Assembly (NCBI GenBank): GCA_965237525.1
Contig: CBDEFO010000007.1
Coordinates: forward strand, 320,001-384,000
DNA: 64,000 nucleotides
Source of the DNA: Candidatus Latescibacterota bacterium
GTDB lineage: Bacteria; Latescibacterota; CBDEFO01
Reading direction: 5' to 3'
This document shows, one piece after another, positions 1-11,977 of the stretch (positions are counted from its first letter, which is position 1; the number at the start of each line of letters is the position of its first letter). Both the position numbers and the translations under genes were made by a program. The notes beneath the pieces are model-generated. The model was not told where the DNA came from. It ran no database searches and worked only from the letters and a program-made list of their open reading frames with translations.

Positions 1-992
1 TTAAATACAGCGGCTTCACTGTGATCTATACTGAGGGTAAGGACGAAGATGGGGAGGAGAGGGAGGATGAGAGGGTTCCTGAAAACCTTAAGGTTGGAGA
101 AGAGTTGAACTTGCTGGGGTTGTTTCCCCAGCAGCATTTTACCAAACCTCCTCCCAGATACACTGAGGCAAGCTTGGTTAAGGAACTGGAGGCCAAGGGG
201 ATAGGCCGTCCGAGCACTTATGCTGATATAACCAGTAAGATCAAAAGCAGAAGTTACGTGAAAGAGGATAGGAGAAAATTCGTTGCGACGGATCTGGGGA
301 TGGATGTAAACACTCTGCTTGTGGGGGCTTTCCCTGATATTTTCGACGTAAAGTTCACGGCGATGATGGAGGATGAACTGGACAGGATAGAGGAGGGTGA
401 GGTCAACTGGGTGGAAGTGGTGGATAAGTTCTACACTTCGTTTGAAGAAACTCTTTCCGATGTGAAGGAGCGCCGAAAGGAGATTAAGGAATCCCTTCAG
501 GAAAAATCGGGGGTAAAGTGTGATCTTTGCGGTAGGGAAATGGTAATAAAATGGGGGAGAAATGGGAAGTTCATGGCGTGTCCAGGGTATCCTGAGTGCA
601 AGAATACCAAGCCTCTGGAGGAGGAAGAGATCGAAGCGGTAGGACGTAAGTGTGAAAAGTGCGGCGGCAATATGGTCACAAGGAGCGGACGCTACGGGAA
701 GTTCTTAGCTTGCTCGAATTACCCTGAGTGTAAGAACACCAAGCCCTTTACCCTGGGAATAGCTTGTCAACAAGATAGCTGCGGCGGAGAGTTATTAGAA
801 AGGAAAACGGGTAAGGGGAGAATGTTTTATGGATGCAGTAATTATCCTGAGTGTAAATTCGCCTCCTGGGATCGTCCTGTAAGTCAAAGGTGTCCCGCAT
901 GCGGAGCTGATTTTATGGTGGAGAAGACTTCTCAAAAGAAAGGGGATTTCCTCAAGTGCCTTAACTGCCAAGGGGAGTTTCCTGTAGGATAG
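1..992 (+). CDS. topA: DNA topoisomerase I, C-terminal part (5' end outside window)
   Basis: HFTKPPPRYTEASLVKELEAKGIGRPSTY motif followed by several C4 zinc-ribbon repeats (e.g. GRNGKFMACPGYPEC). Confidence 0.96.
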   Translation, partial: KYSGFTVIYTEGKDEDGEEREDERVPENLKVGEELNLLGLFPQQHFTKPPPRYTEASLVKELEAKGIGRPSTYADITSKIKSRSYVKEDRRKFVATDLGMDVNTLLVGAFPDIFDVKFTAMMEDELDRIEEGEVNWVEVVDKFYTSFEETLSDVKERRKEIKESLQEKSGVKCDLCGREMVIKWGRNGKFMACPGYPECKNTKPLEEEEIEAVGRKCEKCGGNMVTRSGRYGKFLACSNYPECKNTKPFTLGIACQQDSCGGELLERKTGKGRMFYGCSNYPECKFASWDRPVSQRCPACGADFMVEKTSQKKGDFLKCLNCQGEFPVG

Positions 993-1062
993 ATGATGCT
1001 GAATACTCAAGAATTTGAACTTATGCCTTGTGCGAGACTAATTTATCTTAAGAAGGGATCTT

Positions 1063-2043
1063 TTGTATTCTAACTGGGGCAACTTACAGGTGTTATCTTA
1101 CCTATCGTTCAAAACATGGATCGAAGAGTTCCTATCTTATTTAGAAAAGGAACGTCATCTGTCTGTGTATACGGTCGAGTCTTACAGATGCGATCTTCAG
1201 CAGTTTTCTGCTTCCATGACAGATTACGGGGGGATAGAGGATGTGAGTGTGACAGAGATCGATAAGGAAGCGATTCGGTGCTTCTTGAGCTTTTTGACGG
1301 ATTCTGGATTGAAGAAGAAATCAATAGTTCGGAAGCTTTCGGCGATCAGGTCTTTTTGCAGGTATCTGTGCAGAAGGGGGATTTTAGAATCCGATCCTAG
1401 CGCCGGGATGGCCTCAGTGAAGTTAGATGAAAGGCTTCCAGCTTTCTTGAGCGTGAAGCAGACAAGGCAGGCCGTGGAGATGCCGCAGGACGATCTTTTA
1501 GGATCAAGGGACAGGGCTATTCTGGAAGTGCTCTACGGAGGGGGCCTGAGGTTAGGTGAGCTTGTAGGATTGGATGTGTGGGACATGGACACTGTAAAGG
1601 AAACTGTGAAAGTAATGGGAAAAGGGGGAAAGGAGAGGATTGTCCCGATAGGGAGCATGGCGTCCCAGGCTCTGTGGAGTTATCTGGACGCAAGGGGGCT
1701 ATTGGCTGGGAAGGCAAAAGATGACAAGTCCGGGGGCAGGTCTGTAAGGGCACGACTCGGTGACAAAGATGCGCTCTTTTTGAACAGTAGAGGGAGAAGG
1801 TTGACGGACAGGGGAGTTCGGAAGATAGTTGTGGGCTATATTTCGAAAGTGACAAAGGGAAAACAGGCAAGTCCCCACGTGTTGAGGCATAGTTTCGCGA
1901 CTCATCTATTAGACAGAGGGGCAGACCTGAGGGCAGTGCAGGAGCTCTTGGGACATTCGAAGCTTTCGACGACTCAGATGTACACGCATGTGACCCTGGA
2001 TCGTCTGAAGAAGGCATACGAAAAGGCTCATCCGAGAGCTTAA
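1063..2043 (+). CDS. xerC: Tyrosine recombinase XerC (true start may be slightly downstream)
   Basis: RDRAILEVLYGGGLR, GKGGKERIVP, HVLRHSFATHLL, LLGHSKLSTTQMYTH, AHPRA end; topA-xerC-hslVU synteny. Confidence 0.93.
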   Translation: MYSNWGNLQVLSYLSFKTWIEEFLSYLEKERHLSVYTVESYRCDLQQFSASMTDYGGIEDVSVTEIDKEAIRCFLSFLTDSGLKKKSIVRKLSAIRSFCRYLCRRGILESDPSAGMASVKLDERLPAFLSVKQTRQAVEMPQDDLLGSRDRAILEVLYGGGLRLGELVGLDVWDMDTVKETVKVMGKGGKERIVPIGSMASQALWSYLDARGLLAGKAKDDKSGGRSVRARLGDKDALFLNSRGRRLTDRGVRKIVVGYISKVTKGKQASPHVLRHSFATHLLDRGADLRAVQELLGHSKLSTTQMYTHVTLDRLKKAYEKAHPRA

Positions 2044-2153
2044 AAAGTAACAGAAGTCAGTACACAGGATACAGGGCAGCCCTGCTTCTTCGAAGAAAAG
2101 TAGCAGCATACAGGGAAGGGAGAAGGTGCCCTGTCTACTTCTTTAGGAGGTAA

Positions 2154-2699
2154 TTGTACTTGGAAGCGCTGAAGTTGAGGGCTACTACAGTCCTGGGCGT
2201 AAGGCACAAGGGCAAGTGTGCAATGGGGGCTGACGGTCAGGTGGGTATGGGAGATACTGTGATGAAGCATAGGGCTCGGAAGGTGAGGAGGATCTACAAT
2301 AACAGTGTTCTTGCCGGATTTGCAGGAGGAGCGGCTGACGGATCAACGCTTTTGGAGAGGTTCGAGTCGAAATTAGAAGAATTCAGCGGAAATATTCAGA
2401 GAGCCGTTGTTGAGCTTTCCAGGGATTGGAGGTCTGACAGGACGCTGAGGCGTTTAGACGCACTTTTGGTAGTGATGGATCCAGATCATTCTTACATTGT
2501 GTCTGGAGAGGGGGATCTGATAGAGCCGGACGATGGAGTGGTGGCGATAGGTTCGGGAGGTGCGTACGCCTTGGCGGCTTCAAGGGCTTACATGGATGTG
2601 TCGGATCTGAGTGCCAGCTCTATAGTAGAACGATCTTTGAAGGTGGCAGCTTCTATCTGTATCTATACAAACGATGAGATAATTATAGAAGAACTATAA
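2154..2699 (+). CDS. hslV: ATP-dependent protease subunit HslV
   Basis: N-terminal TTVLGVR, ADGQV, GFAGG, AIGSGG, ICIYTN motifs. Confidence 0.96.
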   Translation: MYLEALKLRATTVLGVRHKGKCAMGADGQVGMGDTVMKHRARKVRRIYNNSVLAGFAGGAADGSTLLERFESKLEEFSGNIQRAVVELSRDWRSDRTLRRLDALLVVMDPDHSYIVSGEGDLIEPDDGVVAIGSGGAYALAASRAYMDVSDLSASSIVERSLKVAASICIYTNDEIIIEEL

Positions 2700-2796
2700 A
2701 CCCAGTAGACAGTAGTCAGCAGACAGTAGGCATGCCGTCTCCCCTTTCTCCTTGTTTACTGTATGCTGTTTGCTGTCTACTATCTTGGAGGGGATT

Positions 2797-4158
2797 GTGG
2801 AGGAACTGACGCCGAAGCAGATCGTGAGAGAATTGGATAAGTACATCATAGGTCAGGAAAAGGCAAAAAGAGCAGTGGCGATAGCCTTAAGAAACAGATG
2901 GCGCAGACAGCAGGTTCCTGATGAACTTAGAGAAGAGATAATGCCCAATAATATCATTATGATCGGGCCGACAGGCGTGGGAAAGACGGAGATAGCAAGA
3001 AGGCTTGCAAATTTAGCGAATGCGCCGTTCGTAAAGATTGAGGCGTCAAAGTTTACTGAGGTCGGATATGTAGGGCGGGACGTGGAGTCAATGATAAGGG
3101 ATCTGATGGATATTGCGGTAAATATGGTAAAGGGGCAGAAAAGTTTTGAAGTTGCCGAGGAAGCAGAACAATTAGCGGAGGAAAGACTTTTAGATATCCT
3201 GCTGCCGCTACCTACTACAGCCGACAAGAAACTCGACAATGACCTGCAGGCGGACAATGAGTCTCAGGCAAGCTGGGAAAGGACAAGGGAAAAGCTAAGG
3301 AGACAACTTTACGAGGGAAAGTTAGATAAAAGGATGGTGGAGCTTGATCTGCCAAAGGATAAGCTCCCGATGGTGGAGATATTCTCGCCTTGGGGAGGGG
3401 TAGAGGAGATGGGGATCAACGTCCAGGAGATGTTGGGGGGAATAATACCACAAAGGACGAAAAAAAGACTAGTACCTGTGCCTGAAGGAAAAAAGATTCT
3501 GGCCCAAGAGGAGGCACAGAAGTTGATAGATATGGATGAGGTGGTAGGTGAGGCAGTAAAGCGGGTGGAGAATTCCGGGATAGTGTTCGTAGATGAGATA
3601 GACAAAATCACAGGGGGCGACGTAAAGGGCTCAGCGGACGTATCCAGAGAGGGCGTCCAGAGAGATATTCTGCCGATTGTTGAGGGATCGAGTGTGACGA
3701 CGAAGTACGGGATGGTCAGAACAGATCACATCCTGTTTATCTCTGCGGGGGCCTTTCATGCGTCGAAACCCTCTGATCTGATCCCCGAGCTCCAAGGGCG
3801 CTTCCCGATCAGAGTGGAGTTGGATAGTCTAAAAGCTGAGGATTTCGTAAGAATATTGACTGAACCCAAGAACGCTCTTTTGAAGCAGTACACGGCCTTA
3901 TTGGAGACTGAGGGTGTAAAGATCTCATTTGGAAAAGAGGCTATCATGGAGATAGCCAAGGTGGCCGATACGGTAAATCAGAGGATGGAGAACATCGGAG
4001 CACGAAGGCTGCACACCGTAATGACTACATTATTGGAAGATATTCTATTTTCCTTGCCCGGTTCATGCCAAAAAATAATAAGGATAACTCCAAAGGTAGT
4101 AAAAGAAAAGCTCCAAGAGATCGTAGAAGATGAGGATCTGAGCAGGTATATACTGTAA
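2797..4158 (+). CDS. hslU: ATP-dependent protease ATPase HslU (GTG start at 2797 after GGAGG)
   Basis: [57 protein letters not shown]. Confidence 0.97.
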   Translation: MEELTPKQIVRELDKYIIGQEKAKRAVAIALRNRWRRQQVPDELREEIMPNNIIMIGPTGVGKTEIARRLANLANAPFVKIEASKFTEVGYVGRDVESMIRDLMDIAVNMVKGQKSFEVAEEAEQLAEERLLDILLPLPTTADKKLDNDLQADNESQASWERTREKLRRQLYEGKLDKRMVELDLPKDKLPMVEIFSPWGGVEEMGINVQEMLGGIIPQRTKKRLVPVPEGKKILAQEEAQKLIDMDEVVGEAVKRVENSGIVFVDEIDKITGGDVKGSADVSREGVQRDILPIVEGSSVTTKYGMVRTDHILFISAGAFHASKPSDLIPELQGRFPIRVELDSLKAEDFVRILTEPKNALLKQYTALLETEGVKISFGKEAIMEIAKVADTVNQRMENIGARRLHTVMTTLLEDILFSLPGSCQKIIRITPKVVKEKLQEIVEDEDLSRYIL

Positions 4159-4390
4159 AAACAGTAGACAGGAGCCCCCGATAGATTCGATCAGGGCTAC
4201 AAGGGGCACCTCCTCCTCTGCCTTGAGTTGGCTTCGTCTGATGCCGGTGGAGTGGCACCTTTGCTGGGGAGACAACGAGCCACGAAGTGGGTGCCACCAA
4301 GTGGGGTGGGCGAAGCAATTTCGTGGACTGTAGAGAGGGGAGGAGAGGGATAGCCTGTGTGCTATCTACTGAAATTAAGGGAGCTCCAAA

Positions 4391-5338
4391 TTGAACGAAG
4401 ATTTCATATCTATATCTGATCTTTCTGGAGATGAGATTCTTAAGCTTCTTGAAATTTCGTTAGATATAAAAAACTCAAGCGTTGACTCCTTGCGGAAGAA
4501 CAACAAGAGGCCGTTTGAGGGTAAGACGATAGCTTTGATATTTGAGAAGCCCTCGTTGAGGACAAGGGTGACATTTGAAGCGGCTATAGCTCACCTGGGA
4601 GGATATGCTATTCATCTCCAGCAGGCGGATCTAGAACTTGGTAAGAGAGAGAGTCCGGCGGATATAGCCCGGAATCTGGAAAGATGGGTGGACTGCATCG
4701 TGGCACGTACATTCGATCACAAGACCATAGTTGAGCTTGCAGATTCTTCAAAGATCCCGGTGGTGAACGCCTTAAGCGATAGGGAACATCCGTGCCAGGC
4801 TCTGGCTTTCGCGATGACTATGGTAGAACGTCGACTCCGTGTGGAAAAGGTGGGAAATCTGAAGGGACTGAACATGGCGTTTGTTGGGGACGGGAATAAT
4901 GTGGCTCATTCTATGATGTTGCTCTGTCCCGTAGTGGGGATGAATTTTGTGATCTCCTGTCCAGAGGGCTACGGGCCGGACGAGGAGATAATGAGCAAAG
5001 CTTTAGGTTTGGCAAGTGATGCGGGCACGCGGATGGAGATTGTGGAGAACAAGGATGATGCTGTCAGGAATGCGGATGTGATCTACACGGACACGTGGAC
5101 GAGTATGGGACAGGAGGATGAAGCTGAGGAACGGTCTAAAGCGTTTTGTGGTTATCAGGTGAATATGGAACTTTTAGATAAGGCTAAGAACGGTTGTCTG
5201 GTGAGTCACTGTCTTCCGGCTTACAGGGGGAAGGAGATCACAGATGAGGTTTTGGACAGCCCGCGTTCTATAGCGTTCGATGAGGCGGAGAACAAGCTGT
5301 ACGTTCAAAAGGCTGTGTTGCTGAGACTTTTGAAGTGA
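4391..5338 (+). CDS. argF: Ornithine carbamoyltransferase
   Basis: KPSLRTR, HPCQ, GDGNNVA, DTWTSMGQE, HCLP motifs. Confidence 0.88.
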   Translation: MNEDFISISDLSGDEILKLLEISLDIKNSSVDSLRKNNKRPFEGKTIALIFEKPSLRTRVTFEAAIAHLGGYAIHLQQADLELGKRESPADIARNLERWVDCIVARTFDHKTIVELADSSKIPVVNALSDREHPCQALAFAMTMVERRLRVEKVGNLKGLNMAFVGDGNNVAHSMMLLCPVVGMNFVISCPEGYGPDEEIMSKALGLASDAGTRMEIVENKDDAVRNADVIYTDTWTSMGQEDEAEERSKAFCGYQVNMELLDKAKNGCLVSHCLPAYRGKEITDEVLDSPRSIAFDEAENKLYVQKAVLLRLLK

Positions 5339-5368
5339 TCGCAGTCCGAAAAGATCTGCATTGTAAAG

Positions 5369-7189
<1,821 letters not shown>

Positions 7190-7219
7190 TGGCATAGGTC
7201 AAAAGAGACATGAAGGAAG

Positions 7220-7510
7220 ATGACAATGGTGGAGCAGACAATCTTGGGACAGAACGTGTGTAACGTTTCGGTGTTATCTGTGGCTATTGCGCCGGACGTC
7301 TCTTTCGCAGACAGCCGTAATCTCCAAGAGGTCAGCAGTCAGATAGAGGTCTATCTGGATGTCATTGCCAACGCAGTATCTGAGAGTGGTGGTACCATCT
7401 TGACTGCCAACGTATGCGCCAAGGGATATGAGATTCTGGCACTCTTCGGAGCGCCCATCTCCGTGGACGACCATCCTCGACAGACAGTTCAGGGCGCTCT
7501 CAACAGTATC
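7220..7510 (+). pseudogene. Remnant of a class III adenylate/guanylate cyclase domain
   Basis: GGTI...ILALFGAPISVDDHPRQTVQGAL resembles GGTIDKFxGDxIxALFGAPxxxxDHAxRAVxAAL, but the catalytic GD is lost and downstream sequence is unrelated. Confidence 0.5.
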
Positions 7511-7881
7511 TGGCGTTTTCAAGGCGACAAGGACTGTGCTTTCTGCCCTATGTGGCTGTCTCCAATACACTGCCTTTGGCCCGCCTGTGCATCGTGCGAT
7601 TCGTCTGCGGGATCGTTCTACTCCCGGATGCTTGCTCATTACGCGCCCGGTTTTGGAGGTCTCCAAAGATCTTGTCGGAACGATCCATCCGCGTCGAGTG
7701 AGGACGACATGGCCCCAGAAAAGTTAAATCTCTGCCTTTGAGGTCCAGGAAAGGTAGATCATCGCTCTGCGGTGCTGATGCTTTATATTTCATCCATATC
7801 CGGCGTGGATGTCCTAATGCAGGAGTCGAGAGAGAAGCACTTTTCAATGTTTTCAGGTCATAAACGTAGAGAGCTATTTCC

Positions 7882-8754
7882 ATGATCGCAAGTATGACAG
7901 GGTTCGGCAGGGGAGAGGCTGAGGGTGGTGAGAGCCGGACGACGGTTGAGATAAGGTCTGTGAACGGACGTTTCTCTGAAATCTCTGTGCGCCTTCCAAG
8001 ACAGTTTGTAGATCTGGAGCAGAAGATTAAGGAAGGTGTCGGCAAATCTATCTCAAGGGGGAAAATAAGTGTGTCAGTATCCTGGGAGAGCAAAGTGGAA
8101 AGCCCTGTCCGCTTAAATGTGGATGTTCTCAGAGCTTATCGAGAGGTTTTGTCAAAGGTAAAGGATGAGTTAGGGGTGGAAGGCAGGGTAGACCTTTCTG
8201 TGCTTCTGGGTATGCCCGATGTATTTAAGCAGGAGGAAGAGAAACTGGACAGGGAGTCTGCATGGAGTTTGATGCAGAAGGCGTGCGATATGGCGTTGTC
8301 AGAGCACAGCCAGATGAGAAAAAGGGAGGGAGAAGAACTGAGCGTGGATTTCAGAAAGAGAATAGACATCCTGGAGAATCTGAGAGAAAGGATTGAGGAA
8401 CTTGCTGCTTTGAAAGTGGAGGCAACAAGGGAAAGGTTGAAGGAGAAGATCCAGAGGCTCCTGGAAGATACCCAAATAGATGAGATGAGGCTCTATATGG
8501 AAGTAGCAGTGCTGGCTGAAAAGAGCGACGTGACTGAAGAGTGTGTGAGATTCCACAGTCACAATAGTCAATTTCTAGCCACCTTGGACAATGGCGGGCC
8601 GGTGGGAAGGAGGCTAAATTTCCTGCTCCAGGAGATAGGTCGAGAGATAAATACTATAGGTGCCAAGGCTAACGATGCTGACATATCTCACCTCGTAGTG
8701 GATATCAAAGAGGAAGTAGAAAGACTGCGCGAGCAGGTTCAAAATGTGGAGTGA
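7882..8754 (+). CDS. yicC: YicC/YloC family endoribonuclease
   Basis: SMTGFGR, EIRSVNGR, GRRLNFLLQEIGREINTIG, REQVQNVE. Confidence 0.95.
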   Translation: MIASMTGFGRGEAEGGESRTTVEIRSVNGRFSEISVRLPRQFVDLEQKIKEGVGKSISRGKISVSVSWESKVESPVRLNVDVLRAYREVLSKVKDELGVEGRVDLSVLLGMPDVFKQEEEKLDRESAWSLMQKACDMALSEHSQMRKREGEELSVDFRKRIDILENLRERIEELAALKVEATRERLKEKIQRLLEDTQIDEMRLYMEVAVLAEKSDVTEECVRFHSHNSQFLATLDNGGPVGRRLNFLLQEIGREINTIGAKANDADISHLVVDIKEEVERLREQVQNVE

Positions 8755-8856
8755 TATGGAATTGAAGGTGGTGCGACCACAGCGGGTGGGACGATCACTG
8801 CGGCACGATAATGACGTAGTAGCTAGTAAGCGGAGCGTACAGGGGAAAAGAGCAGG

Positions 8857-9453
8857 GTGAAATGGAAGGGATTCATACTGGTGCTGTCAGCTCCTTCGGG
8901 TACGGGAAAGACTACTATAAGGAAAGGGGTGGTAGAAAAGAGCCAAGATGTGGTTTACTCCGTATCGGCGACGACGCGGCCAAAAAGGGAAGGTGAGGAG
9001 GACGGTGTAGATTACGTCTTTCTGTCGGAGGATGAATTTAAGCATAGATTGGATCAGGGAGATTTTGCAGAGTGGACACAGTATCAGGGATTCTTGTACG
9101 GGACTCTAAGAAAAACGCTTGTGGATGCTTTGAGCAACGAGAAAGTGATAATTTCAGTTGTGGAGGTTGGTGGGGCGAGGAATCTCAAGAAGATTTTTTC
9201 TAAGGACTGTGCGACGGTGTTCATAGCTCCGCCGTCGATAGACGTGTTAGAAAAGAGGTTGAAGGCAAGGCGGACAGATTCAAGGGACGTCATAAAAAGG
9301 AGGTTGAACGCCGGTCGCAAGGAGATGGAGAATATAGCTGAATATGATTATGTTATAGTTAATGAGAATCTGCACGATTCTATCCTTCGGATTCAGGCGA
9401 TCATAGAGGCGGAACGGCATCGCACGAAAAGGTTAATAACGATTTTTGATTAA
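8857..9453 (+). CDS. gmk: Guanylate kinase
   Basis: APSGTGKTT P-loop, SVSATTRPKREGEEDGVDY. Confidence 0.96.
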   Translation: MKWKGFILVLSAPSGTGKTTIRKGVVEKSQDVVYSVSATTRPKREGEEDGVDYVFLSEDEFKHRLDQGDFAEWTQYQGFLYGTLRKTLVDALSNEKVIISVVEVGGARNLKKIFSKDCATVFIAPPSIDVLEKRLKARRTDSRDVIKRRLNAGRKEMENIAEYDYVIVNENLHDSILRIQAIIEAERHRTKRLITIFD

Positions 9454-9483
9454 CAACTGAAGATGCTTTAAGGGGGTAGTTAT

Positions 9484-9687
9484 ATGGCTGAGGTCTCTTT
9501 AGGGGATCTGGATGAAAGGGGAATTAGTAGGTATGAGTTCATAGTTGCGGTATCCAAGGAGGTGAGAAGAATAAATCAAAAAAGAAGGATTGAAGGAGTG
9601 GTAGACGGCACGAATCCTACTACTATAGCTATAAAAAGGGTTCTTGAAGGAAAAGGCGAAATTGTGCACAAAGACCGCAAAGAATAG
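9484..9687 (+). CDS. rpoZ: RNA polymerase omega subunit
   Basis: SRYEFIVAVSKEVRRIN...PTTIAIK; position between gmk and coaBC. Confidence 0.8.
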   Translation: MAEVSLGDLDERGISRYEFIVAVSKEVRRINQKRRIEGVVDGTNPTTIAIKRVLEGKGEIVHKDRKE

Positions 9688-9699
9688 ATTGTTCGCAGG

Positions 9700-10920
9700 A
9701 TGAGCAGCATGAACAGGGAAAGTCTAAAGGGAAGACGCATAATCTTAGGCCTGACGGGTGGAATCGCCGCATATAAGGCTGTGGAGGTATTAAGAGTCCT
9801 GAAAGAAGCTGGCGCAAGTGTGACAGTGGTTATGACCAGAACAGCTCAGGAGTTCGTGGGGCGCGCCACGTTTGAGACCCTTTCGGAAAATAGGGTGGAG
9901 TCTGATCTTTTCCCAAGGGAAGGCAGGATAATGGATACGGTGCACATATCTTTGGCAGATTGGGCTGATCTGCTGCTGATAGCTCCTGCGACTGCGAATA
10001 TCATAGGAAAGGTGGCAGGCGGGATAGCTGATGATCTTCTTTCCTGTGTGGTTATGGCTACAGCGGCCCCGGTTGTGTTCGCCCCAGCTATGGAGACGAA
10101 CATGCTGATAAATCCTATCGTACAGGGAAATATACAGAAATTGGAGGATTTAGGCTACAGGTTCATACAGACAGGCGAGGGCTTCCTAGCCTCCGGAAAG
10201 ATGGGCAAAGGGAGACTGGCAGAGGTAGATATTATAGTGGATACTGCAGCACAGGCCTTGCAAAAATCTGAGGAACTAGTGGGGAAAAAGGTTTTGGTGA
10301 CTGCGGGGAGAACGGAGGAGGACATAGATCCTGTAAGGTTCATAACGAACAAGTCTACGGGAAAGATGGGCTACGCTTTAGCCAAAAGGGCGTTAGAAAG
10401 GGGAGCTGATGTCTGTTTGATAAGCGGGCCATCGAGTTTGACTCCGCCTTTGGGCGCAAGAGTCGAAAGTATCAGATCTGTAAGACAGATGAAGAATAAG
10501 GTGGAGGCGGAGTTTGAGTCCTCAGATGTGGTGCTTATGGCTTCTGCTGTGTCCGATTTTCGTCCTAAGGTGAGATCAAAGGAAAAGTTGAAAAAAGACA
10601 AAGGGAATATGACACTTGAATTGGAACAGACTGAGGACATCGCCAAAAGCTTGGGAAAGAAAAAAGGGAAGAGGATTCTGGTGGGTTTTTCTATGGAGAC
10701 CGAAGATGAGGTTGAGAGGACGAAAAGGAAGCTCGAGGACAAGAATTGGGATATAGCAGTGGCTAACAACGTATTGGTAGAGGGCGCAGGTTTCGGCACT
10801 GATACTAATGTGGTCACTATAATCTCCACAGATGGTAGCGTAGAATCGCTTCCCAAGATGAGCAAACTGAATGTGGCAGAAGTGGTTTTAGACAGGGTTG
10901 TAAAGCTCCTAAACAAATAG
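9700..10920 (+). CDS. coaBC: Bifunctional phosphopantothenoylcysteine decarboxylase/synthetase
   Basis: TGGIAAYK, APATAN, PAMETNM, DPVRFITNKSTGKMG, AVSDF. Confidence 0.96.
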   Translation: MSSMNRESLKGRRIILGLTGGIAAYKAVEVLRVLKEAGASVTVVMTRTAQEFVGRATFETLSENRVESDLFPREGRIMDTVHISLADWADLLLIAPATANIIGKVAGGIADDLLSCVVMATAAPVVFAPAMETNMLINPIVQGNIQKLEDLGYRFIQTGEGFLASGKMGKGRLAEVDIIVDTAAQALQKSEELVGKKVLVTAGRTEEDIDPVRFITNKSTGKMGYALAKRALERGADVCLISGPSSLTPPLGARVESIRSVRQMKNKVEAEFESSDVVLMASAVSDFRPKVRSKEKLKKDKGNMTLELEQTEDIAKSLGKKKGKRILVGFSMETEDEVERTKRKLEDKNWDIAVANNVLVEGAGFGTDTNVVTIISTDGSVESLPKMSKLNVAEVVLDRVVKLLNK

Positions 10921-11087
10921 ACAGCAAGGCAGGCCCCTGATGGATTCAATCGGGGGCAGGGAAAGGCATGTCGCGGCGAACCCACACGGCAGTGGAGGGG
11001 GAGAAGTTGCAACAAGCCACGAGGGGGTTCGCTCAAATTTTGGAGGGCAGATGCGCGGGTCTGCCCCTGCTGAATAGAGTGAACTGT

Positions 11088-11771
11088 ATGGATGCAAGGA
11101 AAGAAACTTACGGTGTTTTGAACTTGGCCAAGAGATTCATAGGTCAGAAGATCGAAATGGGCGAGGATGAGTTTGTTTTCAAAGAAAAGATTTGGAGCGA
11201 CCCGGTGTCCAACAAGAAGCTGTTGCACGATTTTTACTTAGAGATCAAGGACTGCCAAAAGTGCAGGTTGGGGGCGACAAGGACTAATTTTGTCTTCGGT
11301 GTCGGGGATCCAGAGGCGGATATTCTGTTTATCGGGGAAGCACCGGGGAGGGATGAGGATTTGCAGGGCGAGCCGTTCGTGGGGAGGGCAGGACAGCTTT
11401 TGACAAAGATAATCGAATCGCTTAAGTTGAAAAGGGAAGATGTGTATATAGCTAATATGTTGAAGTGCCGACCTCCGAACAATAGAGATCCCCAGACGGA
11501 CGAGATAGAGATGTGCAGGTCCTACTTGGACAGACAGATAGAGATCATCCAGCCTAACGTAATCTGTGCTTTGGGGAGGATAGCTGCTCAGGCCCTTTTG
11601 AGTACTTCCATGAGTCTTACGGCTTTAAGGGGTAAGATGCACCATTACAAAGGAGCGAAGGTGATTGTAACCTATCATCCTGCTGCGCTTCTGAGGAACC
11701 CTCAGTGGAAAAAACCCACGTGGGAGGATATGAAGATGTTGAGGAGGGAATACGACGGAGTGGAGCTATAA
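11088..11771 (+). CDS. udg: Family-4 uracil-DNA glycosylase
   Basis: [32 protein letters not shown]. Confidence 0.93.
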   Translation: MDARKETYGVLNLAKRFIGQKIEMGEDEFVFKEKIWSDPVSNKKLLHDFYLEIKDCQKCRLGATRTNFVFGVGDPEADILFIGEAPGRDEDLQGEPFVGRAGQLLTKIIESLKLKREDVYIANMLKCRPPNNRDPQTDEIEMCRSYLDRQIEIIQPNVICALGRIAAQALLSTSMSLTALRGKMHHYKGAKVIVTYHPAALLRNPQWKKPTWEDMKMLRREYDGVEL

Positions 11772-11977
11772 AATAGTAGACAGCAAACAGTAGATAGGGG
11801 CACCGCCTCCCCTACCTTGAGTCCCCGATTGAAACCTATCGTGGATCAGGATTTAGCACATTTTCCCCAACTCAGAGAGAAATTGTCGTCCCAGTTCTAC
11901 AGAAGTCTCTAGCTCACAGAGGTTCCGAAAACCTGTATGATCTTAAACTGAAAATTCCGAAGAGCGGGAAGGACAGT

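Noticed and set aside
1063..2043. Prophage or island integrase
   Set aside because: Housekeeping XerC in the conserved topA-xerC-hslVU context
10371..11228. Long antisense ORFs (also 33916-34503, 56558-57151, 62914-63654 and those inside the IS copies)
   Set aside because: Shadow frames opposite well-supported genes, with no motifs
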